A stretch of 64,000 bases of DNA, taken from contig MU058769.1 of assembly GCA_013265495.1 (NCBI GenBank), positions 582,477-646,476 of the forward strand, read 5' to 3'. Source of the stretch: Vicugna vicugna. Taxonomy: Eukaryota. Shown piece after piece: positions 1-40,176 of the stretch. Position 1 is the first letter of the stretch. Every line of letters starts with the position of its first letter. The notes beneath the pieces are model-generated. The model was not told the DNA's origin and did not search any database. It worked only from the letters and a program-made list of their open reading frames with translations. The position numbers and the translations under genes are program-made.

Positions 1-600
1 CCTCGCCCCTCAATATAATTCTCAATTTTTTTTTTTTCTGGCTCTGGTCAGGGCCTCTTCTTGGGTAGCCGATCCAGGGATCCAGGCCGGGATTTACTGC
101 CCACCACCAGCAGCGTGTTCAGCCCCCCGGGGGGGGTGTTAGGCAGTATAGGGTCCCTCAAGGGAGGGGGAGGATCCTGGGGGTCCTGGGGGTGCAATAA
201 GCCCGGCACCCCCTCTCTCGCTTCCAGCTACCCCGCCTCATCCTTCAGAACAGCAAGAGGGAGGGAAATAGGAGGGAGGTGAGGGGCGAGCGGGAAGAGC
301 GGCGGCGTGCCAGCGGCTTCAACGAGAAAAAGTTTTTGCAAAAGGGAAAAAAAAGTTTGCGCTTCTCGCGGGTGGTCCCGGCTCGCGGCCCGGCGGGCTG
401 GGCCGGCGGGAGGGCTGGGGGCCAGGTTGTGGGGGTTGGGGGTGGCACTGAGGCTGCGCTGCCACAGCCCTGTCCGCCCCCCCTCCCCACCGCACACCCC
501 CCAGCCCAGACTCCTGCTCTGCACCGCGCATCCCGAGCCCTGCGCCCAGACGGAGGTGAGAAGGGGGGCAGGCGGGGGACCACCTGGGAGGGGTGGGGGA
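1..600. promoter_or_regulatory. GLI1 GC/CpG-rich promoter with near-consensus GLI site
   Basis: High GC/CpG, GC boxes, no TATA; CGGGTGGTC at 369-377 is GACCACCCG on the minus strand (8/9 to GACCACCCA). Confidence 0.75.
505..555 (+). other. GLI1: GLI1 non-coding exon 1 (5' end approximate)
   Basis: CCCAGACTCC...CCCAGACGGAG followed by donor GTGAG at 556, inside a GC-rich promoter; resembles the human GLI1 first exon as recalled. Confidence 0.75.
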
Positions 601-768
601 GGGGGCCTGAGGGGATGCTCTGCTTGCGAGGGACTCTGCCCAGCCAAGAGGGAGACCTAGGGCACAGAGGCAAAGTAGGGGTGGGAGAGCCCGGGGTAAG
701 ATAGTAGAAAGTTTCGAGAACTTTTTCAAATGTAGCTCCCTTTCTCTGTATCTTTTTTCTTCTTACAG

Positions 769-908
769 TCTGTGTCTCTGTCTCAGGCAACCGTGGATGT
801 CTTTGTCTCCGCCTCTTCCATATATTAGAAATATCTCACATTTATGAGGTTGGGATGAAGAGGCTGGAGGGACGGCTAGCTGGAGGTCTGCGTGATAGGG
901 AACTCCAG
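769..908 (+). other. GLI1: Candidate GLI1 alternative 5'UTR exon (exon 1A-like)
   Basis: Long pyrimidine tract ending TTACAG at 768; donor CAG|GTGTGA at 909; three upstream ATGs inside. Confidence 0.6.
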
Positions 909-1249
909 GTGTGACTCTGAGCGCGGGGCAGGAAGACGTCAGTGTTTCTGAAAGGAGGGAACAGCTAAGGAGAGAGCCCTAGATGGGGTGGGAGTGGGTG
1001 TGTGTGAGGCGACAAAGCCGCTGGGGGGCGGCTGGGCTTGAACCCCTGACCTGTCTTGTGACAGATGTGCTTGTTGGTGCGTGTGTTTTGAGGGGAAGGA
1101 ATTATTTTTTGGACTAGGTGGGGGCTGGAGAAGTGACTCTCTAGTTTAGGCCCTAGAAAGACTCCCCAAGGAATTTGGACTCCTGGGTCCTAAGGGCTGT
1201 GGGCAGGGTGCTAAGGAGGAGCTGAGGAGACCTTGTCTTGACCTTCTGA

Positions 1250-3040
1250 CCTCAGGACCACCGGGGCAGCTGGGGCCAGCCTCAGGGAGACCCCTACTGG
1301 GATGGGGCGGGACCACTGGCCACTGCCTGCCTGTGCATCTCGGTTGGCCCCCCTCCCAAACGGGAGCTGGGGACCGAGGCCCCTCCTCTGCCTCAGACCA
1401 CCCTGCCTGCCCTTGCTCCCCGCTCCGAAGTCTCTTTCAGGCCCCGTGACCCCGAAACAATCCGCCCTGGGCAGCGAGCTTTGGGGATAGGATTAGGCAA
1501 AGGGGATCCCACAGACACTGGGGACTAAAGGTTTTAGGGGCTGGAGAACCGGGGTCGTCATAGAATAGGTCTTTACGGTCCATTAGAGGGAGAAGGCAGG
1601 GCGATTTCTCGGGGGGCGTTGTAAAGGTCTGAATAAGGATTTTTCCTTGGGGGGCGGGGTCCAGAGACCCCCCCATTATCTCCTAGGCAAGGCATCCCCT
1701 GCCAGACGGTACAGACCCCGCCCTTGACGTCACTAGGGGGTTCCCGGGGGTCTGGAGTGGTTAACCCTTGGGAAGCCAGCTGGGATACCCAGGAACCGCC
1801 CCCTCCCCAGACACACCTTATTTTTCCTAATCACTTTCTCCCCTTATAGTTTCTGGATTCTTTCTTTTCCACCTCACCGAGGGACTCCCACTCTCCAACA
1901 GAGCCCCCACCCCGTCCCCCCGCGCCACTGCCAGCTCTGGATGCTCCGAGGGGAGGAGGCAAGAATGTGTCCCGCCTCTCAATCCGCATCGCTCCCCCCC
2001 TCCACTGTGGCTCGCTCGACTGGGCTCCCGGAGCGGGCGGGGGAAGCGGAGCCGTCTGCAGCCAGAGCCTGCGGCGGCGACTTGGGTGGGCCGAGGAGGC
2101 ACGGGGGCGGGGAAGGCGGGACCGGGAGAAGGGGGCGGGGCCGACTCCTGGGAGTTGGGGAGCGGGGGTGCGACGGGGGGGCACTCTGGAAAATTGGGAG
2201 ACACAGAAGATGATTCAGGGCTCCAGCAAGGGAACCCTAGAGCTCCCTGTCCCAACCTGCGCTCTCATCCACACCCCAGAAAAGCTTAATTGAAGCTGGA
2301 AAAGTTGGCGAAATTTTCCTTTCACCAGTGTCAAGGGGAGACGTAGGTGGGCTTTGGCACGCGTGGGCGAGAAGAGACATCGCCCCATTTCCATCTCGGG
2401 CTCCCCTGTGGCTGGGCAGTGGGGCAGGAAGATGACTGAGCAGGCATGTTTGGGGGAGTCTCTAGTTTTGGGGGGTCGTTTACAAGCCCCCGCCTCCTTA
2501 CTCTGGGTGAGTCATAGAGGAAGGAGGCGGGAGAAGTGTCCCCCATTCCAGCTGCCAGCCAGCTGTGCCCCCCAACATTGTGCCAAGGTCGAGCTGAGAG
2601 GTCTTGGTTGCGGGATTAGGATCTCCGCTGGGAAAGGAGGAGTTAGGAAGGGTACAGCCCAGGCTGCGGGTCTCGGGCTGGGTCATGGGGTCCGGGTTCC
2701 GCTCCCCATCTTACCCCGCCCTCACCCTAAATCCCAGCATCCCGGGATCACCCACCGCGCCGGCCGGCCCGCTCCCGGTCGGTCTCCACCCTACCCCGCC
2801 CCACCCCACCCTCAGTCCCGGGAAAGCGGAAAACCCGGGGCGGAGCAAAAAACTGGAGTTTGAGGAGAAAAGCGGACAGATACTCTATTCTTCCTCATTA
2901 CTCCTCTCTAATGGATGATGACTTTGGTTTGTTTTTTGTTTTTGTTTTTTAATTCTCCCAAAGTTTTCCCTCACAGTCCCTTTTCTGTTCCTCAAAACGA
3001 CCAAAAGAGTTAAGCAGGCGCCTAGATCCAGACCACCCCT
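1250..3040. promoter_or_regulatory. GLI1 intron 1 regulatory region / CpG island
   Basis: GLI-like 9-mers at 1256, 1311, 1396, 2083(-), 2469(-), 3031; CRE TGACGTCA 1725-1732; AP-1 TGAGTCA 2508-2514; CpG-rich about 1900-2850. Confidence 0.6.
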
Positions 3041-3704
3041 GAATAACCCCAGCTTCCATCCTTTGTACCCAACAGACCCGGGAGGCTTCGCTCAGAAACC
3101 CTATCCCCTTCAACACACAGTTTTCTGCGTTAGAGAGAAAACGGCAGATCATCCGTGTTCCCTCCTGGCCCTACCAGCCCCTCTGTCTGGGCCGTGGCGA
3201 GGGCTCCCTCTGCTGGAACCTGGACGGCAAGCAACAAATGAAGGAAAGGGAAAGGGGTTCAGGCAGAGCAGCCAGTCCAGTGCTTTAAGTCAGACACTCC
3301 TCTGCATGAATTTCCCCATCCCACCCCTCATAGCTGGCCCATGGTCAGAGGAAGAAGAAATAGAGGGCCCAGGTATAAAATCCCTTGGAACCCACATAGC
3401 CACAGTTAAGTCCAGAACACTCCACACACACACAACACACAGACCATCCAGGCAAAGCTTCTACCCAGTTCCCACAAAGATCCCTAAGACTGCCTCTATG
3501 GGACTTCTCTCCTTACCCTCTCTCTCCCTGGCTGAGTGATGCTCATTTCAAGTTGATTTCCCATGGCAGATGTCTTGGAGGTGCTTTGCCCAGGGTTCTG
3601 TGCCTGACTTAGTTATCTGACCTTCTGTATTTCCCTCCTGCCTTTATAACTTGCAGATCTCCCTTCCCCTCCTACAGTGTCCCCACACTCTCCTCTGAGA
3701 CACC

Positions 3705-10656
<6,952 letters not shown>

Positions 10657-10839
10657 AGAGCGGGAATCACAGATACACGTTTCCTAAGGGGTTTCCATCC
10701 TCACAAAGAAGTCAGGAGGAAGAGCCATAGCACCCCCTCCCCAACCTCGGGATGCCCCAGGGATGGGAGGTACAGGCTGGGGCTGTACACAGTCTAAATG
10801 TATCTGGGGAGGAATTTGATAGTGATACTGTTTCCTGAT

Positions 10840-10845
10840 AATAAA
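10840..10845 (+). terminator. GLI1 polyadenylation signal AATAAA
   Basis: First AATAAA after the GLI1 stop, about 185 nt downstream. Confidence 0.85.
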
Positions 10846-11131
10846 GGAGGTGCATCCGAAAGAGCCCTGCTTTATACGTTATTATCTTGAAGGAGAGGTG
10901 ATGACAGGGAACTAGAGAAGCAGGGGTTAATCCGTCCACTTCCTTCTTTAGAAAAGCTTCCTCACCCTATCCCAACCCCTCAGCTCAGACTCACAAAGAT
11001 GCAGACAGTCATCTGGGAGACACAGGATTTAAAGGGATGTCCCCCAAACAGAACACCCCCACCTGCACCCCCATCAAAGGGCACCCAGCAAAGATCACTG
11101 GAAACATATTTTCTCTTCTTCCCTGCCCCAG

Positions 11132-17776
<6,645 letters not shown>

Positions 17777-18104
17777 TGTCGTCAGTACTGCCACCTACGG
17801 GAAAAAGGGGTGTTGGAGAACCAGAAAAGGACAGGACCGGCTGCTTGCAAGCAGACAGACATCGTTCTAAGAGCAGGGTAGGGTGGAAGGTAAAAACAGG
17901 AACCCTGGGGTGAGAGAAGAGGGTAAGGCAGAGGGCCCGGGTGAGGGTCAGTAATAGGTTTTGGGGGCTGAGAAGTCCTGGGTGCTGTGACTAATGAGGA
18001 AGTATGTCAGTAAGGTGAGAGAGGATGTGGTCAGCAGCCCTGCGAGACCAGCAAGGCAGGAAATCAGAGGAGAGGGTCTAGCTCAGAAATTTTCCTCTGA
18101 GTAC

Positions 18105-18300
18105 CTTTTGGGGTCCATCAGAAGATCCAGGGGCAGGAGGAGCTGGTCCTGGGTGGTGGTGGGACTCTTGAGCTGGACACGGGAAGATGTCGAGAAAGAA
18201 TCAGGTCTGAGACAGAACACAGGCAAAGAGACAGGCATTAATGACAAAGATACAAATATTCGTGACACTTTATTAAATTTACATAGGCACCAATGTTTCC
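18105..18300 (-). other. ARHGAP9: ARHGAP9 upstream non-coding exon (5' end approximate)
   Basis: Donor AAAAG|GTACTC at 18104 could join the acceptor at 17794, 18 nt before the ATG; ETS-like GGAAG upstream. Confidence 0.55.
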
Positions 18301-19129
18301 ATTACCAATCGTCTCAGACCTAAAGCTGCGTGCTTCCTGTGCAAATTCAGGAAAAAAAAAAAACACCATAAAGACAGAGAAACAGACAGCCAGAAAAATA
18401 GTAAAACCAAACTAGAGAGAAAGAGAAACTGGCTGGGAGAAACACAGAGGGGTTCAGAGTTTGAGGAAGAGGTGAAAAGATCTTCTTCTGAATCTGGGAT
18501 GTGTTTTGGGGAGCTGAGAAGCCTTGATATGATCCTCTGCACACAAACCTTTCAAGTGGGACCCTACTTTAGTGTGTGGGTTCATTCATTCATGCTCTTA
18601 ACAAGGATTGGCTGAGCAGGTCCTATGTGAAAAACAGTGTCAGCTACTTGAGATAAGAGAAGGGAAAGAGAGAGACGTAGCCATAGCCCTTGCCCTCTTG
18701 AAAGCTAAAGACAGATCTTAACTGATGGCATCATAAATGTATTAACCACAACTGAATCAGGGGCTATGGATAAGCAGTACAGGATGCTTTGACAGCACGT
18801 GGGAGTGAAAGGTAGGAACTGACCTCCCCTGTCGATTGCCAAAGCTTTGAAACCCATACCTGTGCTTTCTCCTTATCTGACCACCTTTTCCCCCATCTCT
18901 CGGTTTCTCCACTGCACAACGTGAGGCTTTCTGTCTGGCTTTGGAGAGGTGGGGTGGGGAGTGCCCCTCCCCCTTAATGACATCTGAGAACTAGCTCTCC
19001 TCCCCGGACACGTGATCTGAGGGCTGGGTAGCCAGTACTGGGATTCGGCCTCAGTGATATTCCTCCTTGGTTTGCTCCACTTTCAGTATGTGGAGAACTC
19101 TACCCTTAACTCTTCCCTCCCACTTCCAA

Positions 19130-20760
19130 AAGAGTGACTAACTTCATTTATTCATTCGTTCATTCATCTAGTGGTTGTTTGTGCTCAAATCTCAGCCTCT
19201 TCTGCTTTCTCTGCTGCACATGCACTTTATCTTTTTCCTCTTTATTGACTCCTTTCTGTTAGTTTTTAAACATATCCAAGTCTCTCCCATCTTTAGACAA
19301 ACCTCCTCCTGCTGTACTCTCCAGTTGCCACCCTAGCATTCTCTTCCATTTTACAGCCAAGCTTTTTTGCCTACACATGGGGGTCCCCATTTCCTCTCCC
19401 CTCACTCCATCACCTTTGCAAGCTCACTCCTCATAGGGTCACCTCTGACTCTGCAGGGACACTTTGCTGTCCTTACATTGCTCTACATCTCAGCAGCAGC
19501 CAACACAGTTGACCTTTCTTTCCTTCTACAACCTCTGCTGGCATTCCTCTTATCTTTTTAGCAGTTCCTTTTCTGTTGCATAAGGAAGGACTTTGCTTGT
19601 TTCTTAAACCCCAGAGGTCTGACTGAGATTCCGTGCCATTTGCACTCTATAAGCCAAAGGTGGTCTTATTCTCTCCCCAGTTCAGATGACCTCCATATGT
19701 TGCTGGTACCATATCTCCAGTCCAGATCTTTCTTTGGAGCTCCAATCTAATCCGCTGTCCCCTGAAAATCTCCACCTGGGTGTTTCACAGGTACCACAAA
19801 TACTGTGTTCTGAACTGAACTTGTCAGCTTTCCACAAACCAGTTTCTCTTTCAGTCCCACCATTAAGTTAAATTTAAATTTATAAACATTTAGTAAATGC
19901 TTACTACCATGGGTGCCAGGCAAGAACTGTGAGCTAGGCATTGTCAATCAAGGTGCCCTCTCATAACAATTAAAATACAGTGTGCTAACCAGTATGAGAG
20001 GGGAAATATGATCATCTGTTGGAGCACACACAGGGTATACCCAGCTGCTTAGGTCAGAAATCTGGCAGCCAAACTTAACTTCTCTTGTTTCCTCCCCACT
20101 CACATTTAATTGATTACTAAATCTTTCCAGTCTATCTACAACTAGCCCACATGATACCATCTTTGAACTAGTCTCCTTGCATAGAGCTCTGCTTCCAGTC
20201 CATTCCTGGCATAGCAGCCAGAGTGAAGTTTCTAAAACACAAAAATGCCCTGCCACTCTCCTGACTTAACTTTTCAAAGGCTTCCAGTTTTTCTCAAAGT
20301 CCAAGTTCTACAATATGGTTTAAGAGACTTTCTCCTTTTAGCCTAGCGTTTTCACACTCCCCACCACAAACTCCATAAGCCAGCCACACACTAATTCCTC
20401 ACATTCCTAAAGTGCATTGAGGCCTCTGGTCCTTTGCAGAAGTTGTTTCCTCTGCTAGAAACACTTCCTCTTTCCACTCCTACTAGCCTTCACCTGGTGA
20501 ACTCCTACTTATCAGCCAGATCTCAGTGGAAAGGTCATTTGCACATGAAGGCCTCTCTAACCCTTAGAGTCCCATAGAGGCCCTAACTAGAAGATCCTAC
20601 AGCAAGTTTTACATTCCACCGTGATAACTTTCAGGATACTTTAAAGTTTTTGACTTTCTGACTTTCCAGGAAGACTGTAAGCTCTACCAAGGAAGCAGCC
20701 TGTATCTATTTTGTGAATAATTGTATCGTATCTTCAATGCCTTGTGTAGTGCGAAGTAAT
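19130..20760. mobile_element. Degenerate L2 LINE fragments
   Basis: TTCATTTATTCATTCGTTCATTCAT tail; CCAGATCTTTCTTTGGAGCTCCAA..TCTCCACCTGGG; GACTGTAAGCTC..CTTGTGTAGTG motifs typical of L2; boundaries approximate. Confidence 0.6.
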
Positions 20761-20824
20761 CTCTCTGTGCTTGTTTCCTCATCTAAAAAATGAGAATGAG
20801 AGAAGCTATCTCATGGTTTGTTTG

Positions 20825-21175
20825 TAATTTTTAAAATAACAACTATTTTCTCATAGCCCACAATTTTACAGGGCAGAAATTTCAGCAGGGCTCAGCTGGG
20901 TGATTCTTCTATCCCTTGTGGCATTGACTAGGGCCACTTGGTGGTATTCAGCAGGTAGATAGACAGGCTGGTCTGGAGAGCTTCACTCACCTGACACCTT
21001 GATGAGGCTGACTGGAATGCTGGGATCAGCTGGCGCTGTCAGCCAGAGTGTCAACAGGACACCTCTCCAGCATGGCAATCTCAGGGTAGTAAGGCTTCTT
21101 GCAAGGTATCTCAGGGCTATTAGAGTTTTCCAAGAAGACTGGGAGAAGCTGCAAGCCTTCTTATAGCTTAGATTC
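20825..21175. mobile_element. MaLR (MLT1-like) LTR relic
   Basis: AAAATAACAAC..CACAATTTT..GGGCAGAAATTTCAGCAGGGCTCAGCTGGG..TCACTCAC..CCTCTCCAGCATGG pattern recalls MLT1 LTRs. Confidence 0.55.
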
Positions 21176-21549
21176 AAAAGGCCCAGAACCTCCAGAGTTT
21201 TTTAGAATTAAACTTATGTTCACATATAAGGGAATTATTATTACACATAAATTTACGTATATATACATAAGGCTTAGAACAACGCTTAGCTCGTAAGTAC
21301 TATCAAGTATTATTCTTAAAGGGATACAAAGATGATTAAGAAGGGTCCCTTTCTCATTGACTGATATGTTTCTTTGAAATATATATATACTTACTGCCAA
21401 ACTCTGAGCCTTCTTACTTCTCCTCAGTCTGACCTTTTCCCTACACATGTTTCCTCCCGTTTAATGAGATTGGCTGATTATGCGCTGCAGACTGGTATTA
21501 AATCAATATTTAATAGTCACATTTTAAAAAATTAATAGGCTATCCACAC

Positions 21550-22001
21550 TAATTTTCATTGCGTCACTAAATTAAGTCTATCGTAACTCTCAACTCCAGA
21601 GGTCTGATTCTTATGAACTCGAATCGAGAGTCGACCATTGCGAAGAGCCACTGTCCGGACATCGGCACTTCAGCCAGTCAAGTGGAGCCCTTAGTTTCCG
21701 TCAGCGCCTTCGGGCTGCGTCGGAGGATTAAAGTGCGCCGCGCCGTACACGTAGAGGTCTCCTCCGGCCCGCCCACCAGGAAAGTGCCGCTCTGGCACCG
21801 CATCGACGGCCTCTCCGTCTCTATGACACTCTTTTCCTGTTTCCTAGTGTTGCATGATGGGAAAAACACCCTACTTTCCGGGAGCCGGGCGCGGGGAACC
21901 GCCTAGTTCCGAACTCCATTTCCCGGCGTGCCTCGCGGCGGTCGCTCAGCCCACTGGCGGGAGGCCGGTTCCGGTTGCATCAGCGTGGAATCCACGGCGA
22001 A
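21550..22001 (+). promoter_or_regulatory. MARS1 CpG-island promoter / 5'UTR
   Basis: CpG-rich; ZNF143(SBS)-like TTGCATGATGGGAA 21850-21863 and ACTCCATTTCCCGGCGTGC 21913-21931; ETS TTCCGG 21969; C/EBP-ATF-like GTTGCATCA 21974-21982 and ATTGCGTCA 21558-21566. Confidence 0.7.
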
Positions 22002-38632
<16,631 letters not shown>

Positions 38633-38661
38633 CAGTGAGAACTTGACTCCTAGAAAGTCAC

Positions 38662-38667
38662 TTTAAT
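38662..38667 (-). terminator. DDIT3 polyadenylation signal ATTAAA
   Basis: TTTAAT on + strand, about 195 nt past the DDIT3 stop; lies inside the MARS1 3'UTR. Confidence 0.75.
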
Positions 38668-38684
38668 GGACAGGAACAGTAATC

Positions 38685-38690
38685 AATAAA
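38685..38690 (+). terminator. MARS1 polyadenylation signal AATAAA
   Basis: 53 nt after the MARS1 stop. Confidence 0.85.
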
Positions 38691-38861
38691 TACACAATTC
38701 TATATACATGCTGCGACCCTTTCCTGTTGTCGACCCTAAGCTTTCTCCCTGCTGAACAGATGGGGTTGAGGGTACATCGTCGGCACTGGTGAGCAGGTGG
38801 TCCACAGCCTCTTCTAGGAAAGGTAAGTAGTGGCCTGAGGGGAAGTGCTGGTCCCAATTGT

Positions 38862-39463
38862 TCACGCTTGGTGCAGATTAACCATCCGGTCAATCAGAGC
38901 CCTGCGAGTCGCCTCCACTTCCCTGGACAGGCGCTCGATTTCCTGCTTGAGCCGTTCGTTCTCTTGGGCGAGCTGTGTCACTTTCCTTTCGTTCTCTTGT
39001 TCTTTCTCCTTCATGCGTTGCTTTCCAGTCCGGGCCGGGGACTGGCCACTCCGTTTCCGTTTCCTGGGTCTTCTTTGGTCTTCCTCCTCTTCCTCCTGAG
39101 CCAGAGAGCTCCGACTAGAATCTGGAGAGCAGGGGCTCTGGGAGGTGCTTGTGACCTCTGTTGTTCCTTGCTCCTCAGTCAGCCAAGCCAGAGAGGCAGG
39201 GTCAAGAGTGGTGAAGGTTTTTGATTCTTCCTTCAAGGGAATGAGGAAAGGCAGGGTAGCTATTAGTTGAGAAGTGAGGGGCAGTTCCACCCCCACCCCG
39301 GTAGCTTTTGGCCTAGCATTCTCACCTCCTCATTTCCAGGGGGTGAGACATAGGAACCCCCATTTTCATCTGAGGACAGCACCTCCTGCAGGTCCTCATA
39401 CCAGGCCTCCAGCTCCCAGCTGGACAGTGTCCCGAAGGAGAAAGGCAGTGACTCAGCTGCCAT
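38862..39463 (-). CDS. DDIT3: DNA damage-inducible transcript 3 (CHOP/GADD153), bZIP, 168 aa
   Basis: Coding exons 39463-39326 and 39230-38862 (507 nt); [29 protein letters not shown]; basic region with Pro/Gly; leucine zipper [15 protein letters not shown]. Non-coding/uORF exons 40218-40171 and about 42550-42452. Confidence 0.98.
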
Positions 39464-39560
39464 CTCTACTGCTGGATCAGGCTCTGGAAAAGGAGATACC
39501 CAGGATGGTGGTGGGTGGGGAAGACGCTCCACAGAGCAGTCAGGCTCCAGGTTGGCACAC

Positions 39561-39718
39561 TGGCCTGCTGCCTGTCCCTGTTATGGCAGATAAAGTTTTA
39601 CTGGAACACAGCCACATCCACTTATTTACATGCTGTTTACGGCTGCTTTCATGCTCCAATAGTGGTCCTCAACATCTAAAATATTTGCTAACTGGCTCTT
39701 TAAAATTTACCAACCTCT
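39561..39718. mobile_element. MER58-like hAT-Charlie DNA transposon relic
   Basis: ATAAAGTTTTACTGGAACACAGCCAC..GGCTGCTTTCATGCT..CTAAAATATTTGCTAACTGGCTCTTTA signature. Confidence 0.75.
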
Positions 39719-40176
39719 TATCGGCAATGATATTCCCTCCTTGCTTTGCCCAGCACTTGATACATTCCTATGAGTTCCTGGTAAAAGTCCTCAGCCCCCC
39801 TGGGGAACTCCATTGGTCATCTCCAGACCATCTGTGCTTCCTTCTCCTCCTGTATGGGGAGTTTGGGCACACAGTCCTTTGGGTCAGTCTAGCCTTGATG
39901 GGAACTGAGGTGTGGTGTGGTGAGACCTCACCTGACCGCTCACTCAGAGCCACCTTTCAATTATGACATGCTCTAAGAATAGTGATCTGGTCACTTTGTT
40001 GGGGGCAGGCCAGGAGGCTGGATATAGCCTGACAACAAAAGTCTGCTCAGATTCTAACCCTCCTCTTCCACCTTCTCTAGGCGTTTTCATAATTTCTTAG
40101 GGTCCCAGTGAAGAGAGCCTAAGCAGCATCTCTTAGAGGTTGGTTTTGGGAAAGGGCCGGTTACGTTTACCTGCTT

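Noticed and set aside
1..350. GLI1 antisense lncRNA (GLI1AS-like) head-to-head with GLI1
   Set aside because: Known in human, but no exon structure can be supported from this sequence alone.
61..2918. Many overlapping 60-180 aa ORFs around the GLI1 promoter and intron 1
   Set aside because: GC-rich, stop-poor DNA giving low-complexity G/P/R peptides with no recognisable domain.
39274..39966. 230-aa + strand ORF antisense to DDIT3
   Set aside because: Non-ATG start and runs through a MER58-like relic; probably chance.
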